A stretch of 64,000 nt of DNA, taken from Lama glama (lineage: Eukaryota). The DNA is taken from assembly GCA_028534125.1 (NCBI GenBank), contig CM052816.1:82400001-82464000 (forward strand), in the 5' to 3' direction. Below the pieces are notes generated by a model that ran no database searches, was not told where the DNA came from, and saw only the letters and a list, made by a program, of their open reading frames with translations. The position numbers were made by a program, and so were the translations under genes. This document shows positions 38,453-50,270 of the stretch, in pieces. Numbering within the stretch: position 1 is the stretch's first letter; every line of letters begins with the position of its first letter.

Positions 38453-40961
38453 CTAAAAGCAAAACTGAATGTCCCTTTGCTTTACAGCCAACATTTCTGA
38501 ATCCTGAATCCTTGAAAATCAAGGATCCTTCTGATCATGTTCAGTAAGTTCTTTCATCTTAAAGGCTGTCTTTAGAGCCAAAGAATGTTCATGGGGCCCT
38601 TAGAAACAATTGACAGGTAAAAAGGACCAGAGGACAGACTGTGGATTTACTGTGGCCTAAATGTGGTAAAGATGATACAAAGGAAGGTAAGAATAAGTGT
38701 CTGTGGTTGTGGCGAGAAGGGCAGTATTAAAGTTTCAAATGTATGGAGCACTGTTACATTAGTACAGGGCTAAAATGTTTTTGAACAGATTCCTAAAAAA
38801 TATAGTCATAATTTCTCAAAATATATCGATTCCAGCAGAAGATTGTACTATAACTTTTTTTTTCAGTGAAGCAGCAAATTATTATTGGTTTCTATAAGGG
38901 TCTGGATCATGCATAGTTTTAGAAAAATCGTGAGGTTATGTCAGTGGCTTGTGAATTACTGTATTCCTTCTGAGCTAAACTGTTAACATGGCCATTTGTA
39001 AAGCTATATACAGATCTCTGAAATACTGTTCTTGGAAGAGAATTTGCACTTGGGACAATACACTTTTACATCTATTGCCTATAAATGCTTGTAAAGAAAA
39101 TATTTAGGGTCAAGAATAACCAAATCCTAGACAACAAGGACAGTCTGTCAGAAACTGAGGCGTGTGGAATCCTTGGCTAAGCACTAGAGATGCCCATTGC
39201 TACTTGACCCACTTTTTTTTTTTCTCTCCTTGTGAAATAATTCACATTTGTTTCAGGGCTATGAGAAGAAAGCAGGCTACAAAATTTTTATTTTATTTTG
39301 AAATATCTTAAAGTAATCAAGAAATCCATTTTTAAATGTCAAAATTTCTTAGGAGTATATAACCTTATACAGGTAACAAATGGTAACTATGCATATGGAT
39401 GACGGCCTCATTAAATTGGATTTTAAGTGGATGGGGACACAAGATATCATCTGACATACAGAATTTCTCATTCAAACAGAATTCATGAAATCTGCATCAG
39501 CCAAGGTGAAAGCCAGATGGGCCGCTGAGCCATTGATTACGATATGAAAGTTGTTTCTTTATGACACAAACATTTTCCCAAGAGCGTACTCATCTGTAAC
39601 TTAGTTTATAAGGTATACAATTATATTGTAGTGACATTGTTTTTGAAAATTAATAATGACATCTTATTTTTTATAAGTTTCACCTTTTTAATAGTACAAG
39701 TTTATTGATAATCTTGATTTTTAAGTTTAAGAAATGCATAGTTATGTTGGAGGTTGACTTCAGTGCTGTGGGAGAGATATAACTTTGGGGCATAGTTTTA
39801 GCACTAAGTGGAACTGTCTCTGCTCAGCTAATTTAGAGAGGAAAATGTCCAGACAGTTCTCACTATGATCAAGTAGATCTGGGCAGAGGAAATTCTTTAA
39901 GCTTAGCTTGTTTTTTCCAACATGCGGAAAGTCATGTCATAAAACGTGGCAGCCAGCAGGGAAGAAACTGCTGCGTTCCTCCTTTGTACATTCTCCTTCT
40001 TTTCCAATGGTTGATTCATTCTGTGGCAACAGAATGAGGTGTTCCCTTCCCCTGTACCACCTTCCTTGTCTTACCTTTCTGTAAAACCACTGATTGCTGG
40101 AAAGACCCGCCAGGAATCCTGGCTAATAGTGGTCCCCGTCAGTATTAGATGGACATGCAGCATTAAGGTGCTCAGGGACTATCCGGGGTGACCTTGATGA
40201 GACCAAAAAAGAAGGCCAAGCTCGTACTCCAGAGCAGTTACCCTGAAAGGGGCAATTGATGCCCTGAACTCCTAGATTGCCCCCTTGGTTTGGCTGGCAT
40301 CCCGCGAGAAGCAACTCACTACTCCTCAGAGGGTGTCTGCTGCTCTCTGCTTTGAGGATTCTGAGAATTACCATTCAACCAGTTAAATTAAAAATACTAA
40401 CTTGGTCAATGGAAATATTTGATTTTACAGAGTTTTATTACCTATGTGAAACACTTGACATAGTAACATTTATAATCTTTACTGAAGGACTTACATAGAA
40501 ACAATGTCTTAGGGTTTATGTGTATAGTTCCCTGATGTTGTTTTTGTAGAATTAAACATTAAATATCTCATTTTCAAGAACTGAGAAGCTGGGGCAAAAG
40601 AGGAAAGATACACAATGATTTAATGGAATTTAAAAAAATCTCTCTCAGAAATTTCATTCATATTCTGAAGACCCTTAGGGTAGAATATATTTTATGGAGT
40701 CATGACAAGTGCAGTGTATAAGCCTGTCTTTACGGATAAACATCAAATTAGCACTGATCTACATTTCTCTTTAATGGGAAACCCACTGGCCAATCTTCTC
40801 TGTTTTGAGTACATCAAATCAAAGCCTTGATTAGAGTAATTGGTTTAGGAATAGGGCCACATTTTAAATCTACCTTTCCTGGCAGGTGTGGGTTTATTAG
40901 ATGGTTGGTGGCCAACATATGAGACTGGCTACACTGCTCAGTAGAATCAGTACTTACTCAC

Positions 40962-41107
40962 CTCCAGGACTGCCACTGGCTATGAGACACTGCAGTGTGC
41001 TTGATGCTTTACATGTAAGATGCCTAACATCCCTCATTTCTGCCACATCATCCAACATAATCAATTGTTACTAGCAACATCTTTACAAAGAATTATCCAG
41101 TAGAGGC
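40962..41107 (-). other. candidate non-coding exon (146 nt)
   Basis: Minus-strand acceptor cgtttttctttttaatag|G and donor GAG|gtgagt. Stops in all three frames. Confidence 0.3.
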
Positions 41108-42614
41108 CTATTAAAAAGAAAAACGAATGGTAATATACACTTCTCTGTACCTAACCTTCATGTCTTTTGATCTAGCATCTTTTAATCAACCCCATTACCA
41201 ATCTATGTGAGACATGCATGAACAGTTTATAAAGTCCCAGGTTACAGAGGAAACAGTAATGGTGGTTGCATTCAGCTTATGGATGTATTCAGTACTCTGT
41301 ACATTCTCTAGAAAGATCGTATATGATATGGTGGCTACATTGCACAATTAAAATATTCATGTTTGTAAATACAGTCAAAGCCAAAAAGCAAAACTTCATC
41401 AATACGACTGTGCAGCCTGCAGTCTTCCCGCCACTAAGCACAGCATTTTCATCCTGGGATGTGGTTTGAGTGATTCAGCTTACATATACACATGTGTTGA
41501 ATTGTACCCAACTGACAAAATATTGATCATGTCTACTGCCTGAGTGATTCCTTCTTTTGAATATTTACTGAATGTCAGGCACTGTATAGCAGAGTACAAG
41601 TCAGACGAAGCCTCTTCCTTCTTGGCGTTTAAATGAGCCTAGCAGGGGCACATGGGACGAGAGAAGTAGATACATACAAATAAAATCGTGGGGAGTGGCG
41701 AGTGCTAAGAATGGATAAGTCGGAGCTGTGATAGAGAATCACACGGGGACCTTCCTTCCTTCCTTTACAGAAGGAACTGCAGGGTGTAGGGTGATAGCCG
41801 AGAAGCGGTCTCTGCCCTCTTACTCACGAGGGTGCTATTTGTCAAACAATTAGCTTTTTCTGACAAATCCTCAATTTGCAAGAGCGATGTTAATAGGTAT
41901 TTTATGAAAACAAAGAAGAGTTCTGTGGTCGTGTGTATCTCCCGAGAGCTGTGTGCATAGCAGTGTAGCTCCTCCTGAAAATCCACAGTGCATGGCTCAG
42001 GGCCATGTAAGTTCTGGGAAATCTGACAGCAATAATAAAAATTAGACAGATCTGCTTAATCCTGTTTTTCAAAAATATTTTTGACCTTGGTTTCTGGTTC
42101 CAGTTTAGGAAGTGCTTTACCATACAATGAATCTGAACGATACCAAAGCGATAAAGGTGCATACGTATCACGAGGTTTTGGCAGCAGAGGCGAACTGCTG
42201 TGTTTTGTGAATGACAATAATAGTTGTGGAAATTTTGGAGATCGTTACTCTTTGGTGATGTCCATCATTGTCCAATGATCCTCAGAAATGATTTCCTAGT
42301 GGGAATAATTTTGAAATAGTGTGTAATTTGAGTTATTAGGGATTTTAACATATGTGATGCCAATCTCATAAAAACAGGAGAAATGGTTTTGTTTCTGCTT
42401 TGGCTACTCTAGGATTATTAGATACTAGGGTTATAAAGATACTGTGTAGTAGTGCGATGTTACACATAAGTCCGGTCCATGAAATTCTTTTCTTTTGATT
42501 CTTGGCAATGTCAATTATTGAAGATCTTTATTAGTCAGTTGGTACATACATATACACTTGATATTTCAAGATAACTTGCTGAGATGTAGCAGACTTTGAA
42601 GGAATCAACAGGAG

Positions 42615-42980
42615 ATTGAAATACCCAGAGGAGGGCAAAAAGAGGGTCCTTACCATCCCTGGTCTTAAACCCAAGTGGGTAGCTGTATAAAGAGAGCTGC
42701 TTTAGATGAATGGTGCCCTTCACTAAAGGGCATCTCCCAACTCATAAACACCTGGCAAAAGAACTGGAGGGATAAATAGCCTGACTTCGACTCCTCCTGC
42801 CCCCAATTGCCTACCTGTGTCTCCTAATGCCTAAAAAGAGCTGAAAATAAAAGGGCAAATGCGCTGTTGATGACTTTCATATAGGTCAGCCTTTGAGGTC
42901 AGAAAAGGTTGAATGAAGAAAGTGACTTTATTAAAATGAATAAACTGATTTTGGAGAGAAAATAGACTATATTCAGCACA
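42615..42980. mobile_element. ERVL LTR33-like fragment
   Basis: cctggcaaaagaactggagggataaatagcctgactt...tcatataggtcagcc...tattcagcaca. Confidence 0.6.
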
Positions 42981-43499
42981 AGATCATTTTTATGTTTTCC
43001 ATGATAGAAAGATGAGAATCATTTCATCTATTTCCACCCCTTATTAAAAGAAAAAAGGAGTGCTCCCAGCCTGTAATAAAACCAGCCCGACTGCAGTAAG
43101 TATTAACATGACTGAACATTGATTATCTTGATATTTAGGTTAATGCCTATGCCACGAAGAGTCTGCTACAACCTCGTGTTAACTATGAAAGCATTATACT
43201 ACATTATGTTTTAGATTTCTGTTACTGCTGTACTGTGGGATCCCTACCCTGCTGTGTTTCTTTGAAATAAAAGTAGTGGCTACTCTGTCTCCATCTCCCT
43301 TCTACATTGAAAAGCAACCTGCAACAAGGTGTCCTGGGTAGTCAATCAGAATCTTTGCTTCCCACATAGCTCCTTTGCTTCTTAACTCTTGTAGGAGGAC
43401 TCTGTTGGAGTTCTACCCGATCCCCTTGAATCCCTTTTTCTGATTCTTCTTGTGCACCCACCCCTTGGATTCCATGTCTTTTGCTTCTCATGACCAGTG

Positions 43500-43875
43500 C
43501 CTGCAATTCCATAACCAGTACACTGCCATAGACTAGTTGACTAAAGCAACAGAAATTCATTTTCTCACAGTTCTGGAAGCTAGAATTTTGAGATCAAGAC
43601 TTAGCATGGTGGTTTTCTGATGAGAACTTTCTTCTTGGCTTGTAGATTTCTGCCTTCTCGCTGTGTCCTCACATGGTACCTGGTGGGGATAGGGGAGAGC
43701 GAGTTCTCTGGTCACTTATTATAAGGGCATTCATTCTGTAATGAAGGTCCCATAGGGCTTCATCTAAACCTAATTATGTCCCAAAGGCCCCATCACCGAA
43801 TACCTTCCCACTGGGGGTTAGGGTTTCAATAAGAAGATGAATTTGGGGGAGGGAACACATTTCAGCACATAAACA
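43500..43875 (-). mobile_element. MaLR LTR, MLT1A/B-like
   Basis: caacagaaattcatttctcacagttctggaagctagaa...ctcgctgtgtcctcacatgg...cccaaaggccccatc...gggggttagggtttcaa. Confidence 0.88.
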
Positions 43876-44185
43876 GTATGGTGGTAGAAGTGCCTTGGAG
43901 CTCATATCCTTGGGGGCAGCCTTTAGCCAATGACCAAGTTGTACCAGAGTTTGAAGTCTCACCTCCCAACGTCTTACGCCAGGACAAAGCAATGAGGCGT
44001 GACTTACACTCCATGGGAATAACCAGCCTTATGTGAGTGGGGCTGAGGGTGGGTATGTTCAGAATGCGGGGTCCTGACTGGATGGCGTGCCTGGATGCCT
44101 TGGCACAGTGTGTGATGGTACTGTGGGGAGGCCTGTCTTTGATTTTGTAGTTCCTGAGTTGACAAAGGCACAAGGAAGGAGATGG
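43876..44185. mobile_element. ERVL LTR16-like fragment (probably the host of the adjacent MLT1)
   Basis: ggggcagcctttagccaatgacc...gaggcgtgacttacactcc. Confidence 0.4.
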
Positions 44186-44741
44186 GCAAATAGAAGGAAG
44201 GTTGGAAGTCAGCTTTCAAATCTTACTTCCTCACAAGTATTCCCAGGCATGAGCTATAGTCAGAGATTCTCCTTTGTCTGTCTCTGAACAGAGATTTGTC
44301 ACCCACAGAATAAGTCAATGAGCCTCGGAGTTCAAGCAAAATATTTTAGAGTGGAAGAAAAATCATTTTAGACTATTTTTTCCTTTACAAAATAATCTGT
44401 ATAAATAAATGATATGCAATTAAAATCCTAGTTTATATAATAACAATAATTTGATGTGTTGGTGTGGTACCATCCTGGAGCTATGGGATTGATTGACGAA
44501 TCATAGACACAATTTTTATACCACCTTATATATAAAACATGCTAAGAGTCTGTTAAAATTACATTTTTATCCACGCTAGGCCCAAGGAAAGTGTGTAGTA
44601 CAAGTTATAGTTAGTATCTTTGACATTTTATAATTATCAGCACAAGATAACCTGTCTTTTTTTAAAAAAATCAAACATACTTAATACTCCCATATCTGGT
44701 ATTGTGATTACATCAAAATCAATTTTTGGGTATGCATTATG

Positions 44742-44756
44742 CATTGTTATGCAAAT
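44742..44756 (+). promoter_or_regulatory. canonical Sox-Oct (SOX2-POU) composite motif
   Basis: Exact CATTGTTATGCAAAT in non-repetitive sequence, surrounded by further ATGCA half-sites. The motif is seen directly; function is untested. Confidence 0.55.
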
Positions 44757-46110
44757 ATGCATATCATGCAAGTTAGCTTATCTAACTTGATAAGCTAAAT
44801 ATGTTAGGACTTTAAGTATATGAGACTTCTGCAGGATAAAGTAAATCTTGAAGCCCAATTTCTCCATCATTTCAAAACCAACATCATCATCTATTTAGAT
44901 TCTCAGGTTTATAACTTTTGAAAACTGCTGTTTCCTCCTATAGAAGATGCCCTGCATAGCCATCATCTACCTGGCCAACATCTTTAGTAAACTTCATCTC
45001 CTCTCTACCAGGCGGCTGAGATTATTGTCACGAAGTGTCTTCTATAGCACTGAATCCCCAGCATCCAGCCATGCTCGGCTCATTGCAGACACTTTGCAAA
45101 TACCTGTGGATTGAATGGTGAATTGTTCTCCTAATTAAACAGTTCCTCAAGGATCGAAATTAGCTTTTGACCAATCTATTCTTTATGGATTTTCCACTTC
45201 TAGCTCTGAAAAAAATTATGCCCTGTAGATTTGTGAAAAGCAAACAATCTTTATTTCTCTACGGCAGGTAGAACTCCCACCTGTCAGTTTCTGCAAGTCT
45301 GGTCTCGAGACTAAAGGTCTGGAAGCTATATATATATTTTTTCCTTTAGCATTAAACTGGGTAGCTTTCAAACTATTGGAACAATAGTTTCAAACAATGG
45401 CAGGAAATTTCATTTTAGCCAATGGTAAATAAAATAGCAAGTGGATTACGACTTTGTCAATCAGTTTCTATAGCATGAAAATAATATGTGCTTCTTTGCT
45501 CTTCATGGAAGTGATGAGACTAAGGGGGAACCTTTGGTCGTGGATTTCATCTCTGTGAGGCAAGGCTGCCTGGATGATTTAGCTCCCACGTGGAGCTATT
45601 TTAAGCTTGAAATACTTCCACCCAGTCCCTAGCTACCTAATGCCCTTTACGTTTTAAAAAGCCACCCTGGTTCTGCTGCCACTGTAAAGCACTGGTCAAA
45701 GCTTTTCACTGAAATTGCCTACTATGCAGGGACAGAGAATTCTGTATAACCCATACGAAGCACCTCTGGCTCTCCACCTTCAGCAGAGAACCATACATGT
45801 CATACAAAGAGTCAGAAGAGCTGACCGTCCCACTTTGATGCAGTCCAGGATGGCACTGGGGTTTTTCTTAGAGTTACTGATGCAGAGTCCCCTGCCATAT
45901 GACACGCCTGTGTTCAGTCAAACACTGGCTCAGTGGTTCAGTCATTTCGTTTGAAGTTTCTGCTTTCACGTTGTATAGAAGAGGGCTGGTGTAAAAGTGG
46001 AGGGAGACTGAGAATCCTTTATTGGAAGGCAGCAACAGAAACCAGAAATGGTGCAAAGGGCATGAAAATCTGGTATCAGTTATAAAGCAAAACTTAGAGA
46101 CACAAGAATC

Positions 46111-46602
46111 TGTCAAGAACTGTGAAGTGTCAGAGATCTTACTCTATACGCAAGTTAAAAAATTAGGCTTCCACAGCCTCGTAGGGGCTGGCAGAAGACA
46201 GAGACTCCTGGATTAGAGACACAGGTCTTAACCACTCACAGAACAGCACAGCAAGTGGCCTGAGCTTCCTCTTTGCAGTGGCTCCCTTGTGCATCCCTCA
46301 GTCCCACAGAGGTGAGACTTGGGATGCGCTGAACACAGTGGGTGTACCACAGCTGACAAAGCCTTCATGTTACGAAGTGGGACAAGCAAACCTGCCCAAC
46401 TTTTGCCCTAGGGAGGGAGAGAGTATCTTTGTTATTTTGTTCAGGTCATCTGCCCGATGCCCCAGATGAGGGTCTTGTGTCAGTCTTCAAGACTGTTCGC
46501 TACGCAGACACCCTTGACAAGGTAGTCCAGAACAAAAGCCAGCGATGCCTCTGCTCAGAAGACGCAGAAATGTGAAGGACTGTGGAGACTTGCCTCCCAA
46601 AA
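46111..46602. mobile_element. ERV1 solo LTR, MER90-like
   Basis: tgtcaagaactgtgaagtgtcagagatcttactctatacgcaagttaaaaaattaggc...ctggcagaagacagagactcctgg...cctcccaaaa. Confidence 0.75.
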
Positions 46603-47039
46603 GTCTCAGAAGGTCCTGAGCTGGCTCCCCAATGTGCTCAGTTGCCAATATTCCACGCTTCCTCAGGAACACCTCTCCACTGGCTATGCTTTTATAAATA
46701 TCTGTGCTCTAGTAAAGTACCTTGCAAGACATAATTTTTTAAATAAATGACTTTAAACAGTTAACCAAAGGTCTCATTTTCTGAAGCCTGTGTAAGTCAC
46801 TATTTTCCCCTCAGGAATTCAGTTCTGCTCAACCATCAATCACGCAATGGGAGACTTTGCAAAGGTAGCATATCAGATAAATTCATTAACCAATTTAATC
46901 CATTTATGTATACACTAGGAATTGCAGGGGGATATTTTATTGTATTTCCAGCCAAGAGAAGCAATTTAATAATAAATTACTTCTGTCATCTCATGCAGAT
47001 TTCTGTATTTACCTTTTTTGAGTCACTTTGTTAGATGAT

Positions 47040-47215
47040 CAATTCCCAAATCTTCTTGTTTATCGAAATCCCTTGGAGATCTTTAATAATATTCAGGTTC
47101 CCAGGTCACTCCCTCAGAGATCCTTACTCCGGAGGCCTGGCATGTATTCCTGCAATACTTAATTTAGAAAACTTCCTGGGTGATTTTGAGGAGCAGCTTG
47201 AGGTGAGCAACTGCA
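47040..47215. mobile_element. hAT-Charlie MER5-like fragment
   Basis: gaaatcccttggagatctttaataatattcaggttcccagg...cctcagagatcct...cttcctgggtgattttgag. Confidence 0.6.
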
Positions 47216-48250
47216 TATTTTAACTATAATTTCACAGTTATAAAGATTTTTTTTCTATTTATGACTTAAAAGGATAACATTTAAAATCTAAAATATAAGG
47301 AGCTGAGGAATATTCTAATCACATCTGTGCAGTTTTAACTGGGAAAACAATACACCTTCTGAAAAAAGTATGGGAATAAATTATTTTATACTTTGAGCAG
47401 CTTTGATGCTTTGGGGAAAAGCTTCTAGTCCAAGAATTGTTAGAACAAATCAAAAGGTGTAAAAGAGCCGGTGATTTTATAAGGCTGGATTACCCACTGT
47501 TTCATCAGAATAGGGCTGTGGGAGTGGAGAGGGCAGTGGTACAAGCTGGTGACAGAGGGAGCTGCATCATTACAGCAGCGCTCTGGCCAGGGTGGCCGAG
47601 GTCATGCTGACGGTGCTGATGGGAGGGACTAATCATGCAACAGGAAAATGGGAAAGACTGAACAGAAATTTAGTATTTTGGCAAAGTTTTGAAGAAGAGT
47701 TAATGCTTCAGAGGATTAAATAGAGGACATTTCTAGATTCTAATTCTCAATTAATTTAATCAGTTTTAGCTGCCAGGTATCCAGGTACTGTGTTACTATT
47801 ATTATTTCACTTATTTTCACTCTGTCTCTGGATGTTTGGTTGCAATGTGGGGGAAATGTCCCCAGTTTAGCCTGCAACAAGTTATGTTCCCAGTGTCAAT
47901 CTCTCCTGGTCCTTGTTTCCTAATCTAAAACATGAGTTATGTTTAATTGGGTCAGTGGTTTAGAAATACCACTCCATAACCTGATATCTGTCCCTAGTAA
48001 AGCTTTCAGTGATCTAGAACAAAACCAAAAAATAGAAAATAATAAAAATTTTAAAAATAAATAAAGGAGCAATAAAGAGAAAATTTAAATTATGATTTTT
48101 TATTCTGAGATTAAATTTACCTGCCTTTCTGGTAGTAACATTTTCCTTGTTTTATATGGTAATGGAAGAGAAGAGTTTTATTTATAGATCTCGAAGTCTT
48201 TACTTTTTAACTTGGCAAAATTAAGAACAACCCTAAGTTGGTTCTAACAT

Positions 48251-48254
<4 letters not shown>

Positions 48255-48292
<38 letters not shown>
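48255..48292. repeat. (GT)19 microsatellite
   Basis: Perfect dinucleotide run. Confidence 0.97.
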
Positions 48293-48294
<2 letters not shown>

Positions 48295-48321
48295 ATTTCC
48301 AGATTCACTAAAATTCAAAAG

Positions 48322-48944
48322 ACTGGGAACTCTGTGGAAAACAATTTGGCAGTTTCTTAGAAGGTTAAACATAGAGCTATCATACAACCTAGCAATTCCA
48401 CTCCTAGATACATACATATATATTCATACAAAGGAACTGAAAGCAGGGACCCGAACAGTTATTTGTACACCCATTTCATAGCAGCGTTATTCACAATAGC
48501 AAAAAGATGAAAATTAATCCAATGTCCATCAACAAATGAATGGATAAACAAAATGTGGTGTACAGATACAATGGAATATTATTCAGCCATAAAAAGGAAT
48601 TAATTTTTGATAACTACTACAATATGGATGGACTGCTTAGTGAAGTAAGTCTGACTCAGGGGTAAATATTGTATGATTCCACTTATTTGAAGTACCTAGA
48701 GTAGTCAAATTCATAGAGACGAAAAGTAAGAATAGAAGTTACCTTGGGCTGGGGGAAGGGAGAAGGAGCAGTTATTATTTAATGGATACAGAGCTTTTGT
48801 TGGGGATCATGAAAAGTTGTAAGTATAAATTGTAGTGAAAGTTGCACAGTATTGTGCATGTGTTTAACACCACTGAATTGTACTCTTAAGAATGGTTAAA
48901 ATGACAAATACAATCTTGCATATATTTTGCCACAATTAAAAAAA
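48322..48944 (+). mobile_element. LINE-1 3' end, L1MB-like (ORF2 tail plus 3' UTR)
   Basis: ctgtggaaaacaatttggcagtttctt...cctagcaattccactcctag...caatggaatattattcagccataaaaaggaat...ccactgaattgtactcttaagaatggttaaaatg...ccacaattaaaaaaa. Confidence 0.92.
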
Positions 48945-49303
48945 GCTGAAAGCTACTGAACCATGTGGCTTCTCATTTTTTTTTGTCCTTCTAGTATTGT
49001 CCCTGCTTAATAACAGGCCAAAGATTTTTGCCTATATCAGATTATATTTAAAGGTCAAGGACAACTACTTCTCAATGATGATAAAGTCTATGATTAATAT
49101 TATATTTACAAGTATAATCCCAGCTCCCTGAAAAAATAGTAAAGAAGAAATAGTAAAAGTGCTTTCTGTAAATTGTGGAATTTGGTAGCTTTCTGTATTT
49201 TCTAAGTTTTAAATAAACATACAGTTTTAAAATAAGATTTAAATAAATCTTTTAAAATAAGCTATTAACATGAACTTTATAAACAAGAATTTTAAAATGG
49301 TTA

Positions 49304-49883
49304 ATTGGTAGGCAGACTTCTAAGATGCCTTCCTATCTATAATCCCTTCCCCTTGAGAATGGGTTGGACCTAGTGACTTGCTTCTAACCAACAGAATATG
49401 GCAAAACTTCTGTGGTTAGATTATTAAGACCCCAACTCCCAATTTTCCAGCAGATTCTCTATTGACTTGTTAGTATCCAGGCTTTGCTGAAGCAAGCTGT
49501 CATGTTGGAAAGTGTGATGGTTAATTTTATGTGTTAACTTGGCTAGGATATGATGCTCAGCTGTTTGGTCAAACGCTAGTCTAGATGCTATGAAAGTATT
49601 TTTTCGATGTGATGAACATCTGAAATCGGTAGACTTTGAGTAAAGCAGATTACCCTCCATAATGTGAGTGGGCTGTGTCCAATCAGTTGAAGGCCTTAAG
49701 AGAAAACACTGAGGTCCCCAGAGCAAAAAGGAAGTCTACCAGCAGACAGCCTTCAGACTAGAGCTGAAACAATGAAACAAACCCTTCCTTGGGCCTTTTG
49801 CTTGCCAGCCTGCCCTGCAGATTTTGGACTTCTCAGTACTCACATTGACATGAACCAATTCCTTAAAATAAAACTCTCTCTCC

Positions 49884-49914
<31 letters not shown>

Positions 49915-50270
49915 CATATATTTATATAAATCCTATGTGTTCTGTTTCTTTGGGGAACCATGACTAATACAGAGAGGGCCACATGCTAAGGGACTGAGGA
50001 CAGCCGAAGTCCAACAATCACTGAGTAACTGAATCTCTCAATTCAGCAGCCTGAGAGGTGCTGAATCTTCCCCCAAACCACTGAGTCAGCTTGAAAGCAG
50101 ATCTTGCCCAGCGGAATCTTGGCTGCAGCCTTCTGAGAGACCCTTAAACTGAGGACCTGCTGACTGGTGCTTGGATTTTCCATGCACAGAAACTAAGAAA
50201 GTAAATGTGTGCTATTTTAAGCTGCTAAGTTTTTAGATAATTCGTTATGCAATAATTAATAACCAGTATA
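49304..50270 (+). mobile_element. MaLR LTR, MLT1F-like, split by an MLT2 insertion
   Basis: tggtaggcagacttctaagatg...ggacctagtgacttgcttctaaccaacagaatatggcaaa...[MLT2]...tgtgctattttaagctgctaagtttt...taaccagtata. Confidence 0.85.
49513..49971 (+). mobile_element. ERVL solo LTR, MLT2B-like, full length, with internal (CT)n(AT)n
   Basis: tgtgatggttaattttatgtgttaacttggctagg...gagtaaagcagattaccctccataatgtg...tgactaataca. 5-bp TSD gaaag (49508-49512) / gagag (49972-49976). Confidence 0.93.
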
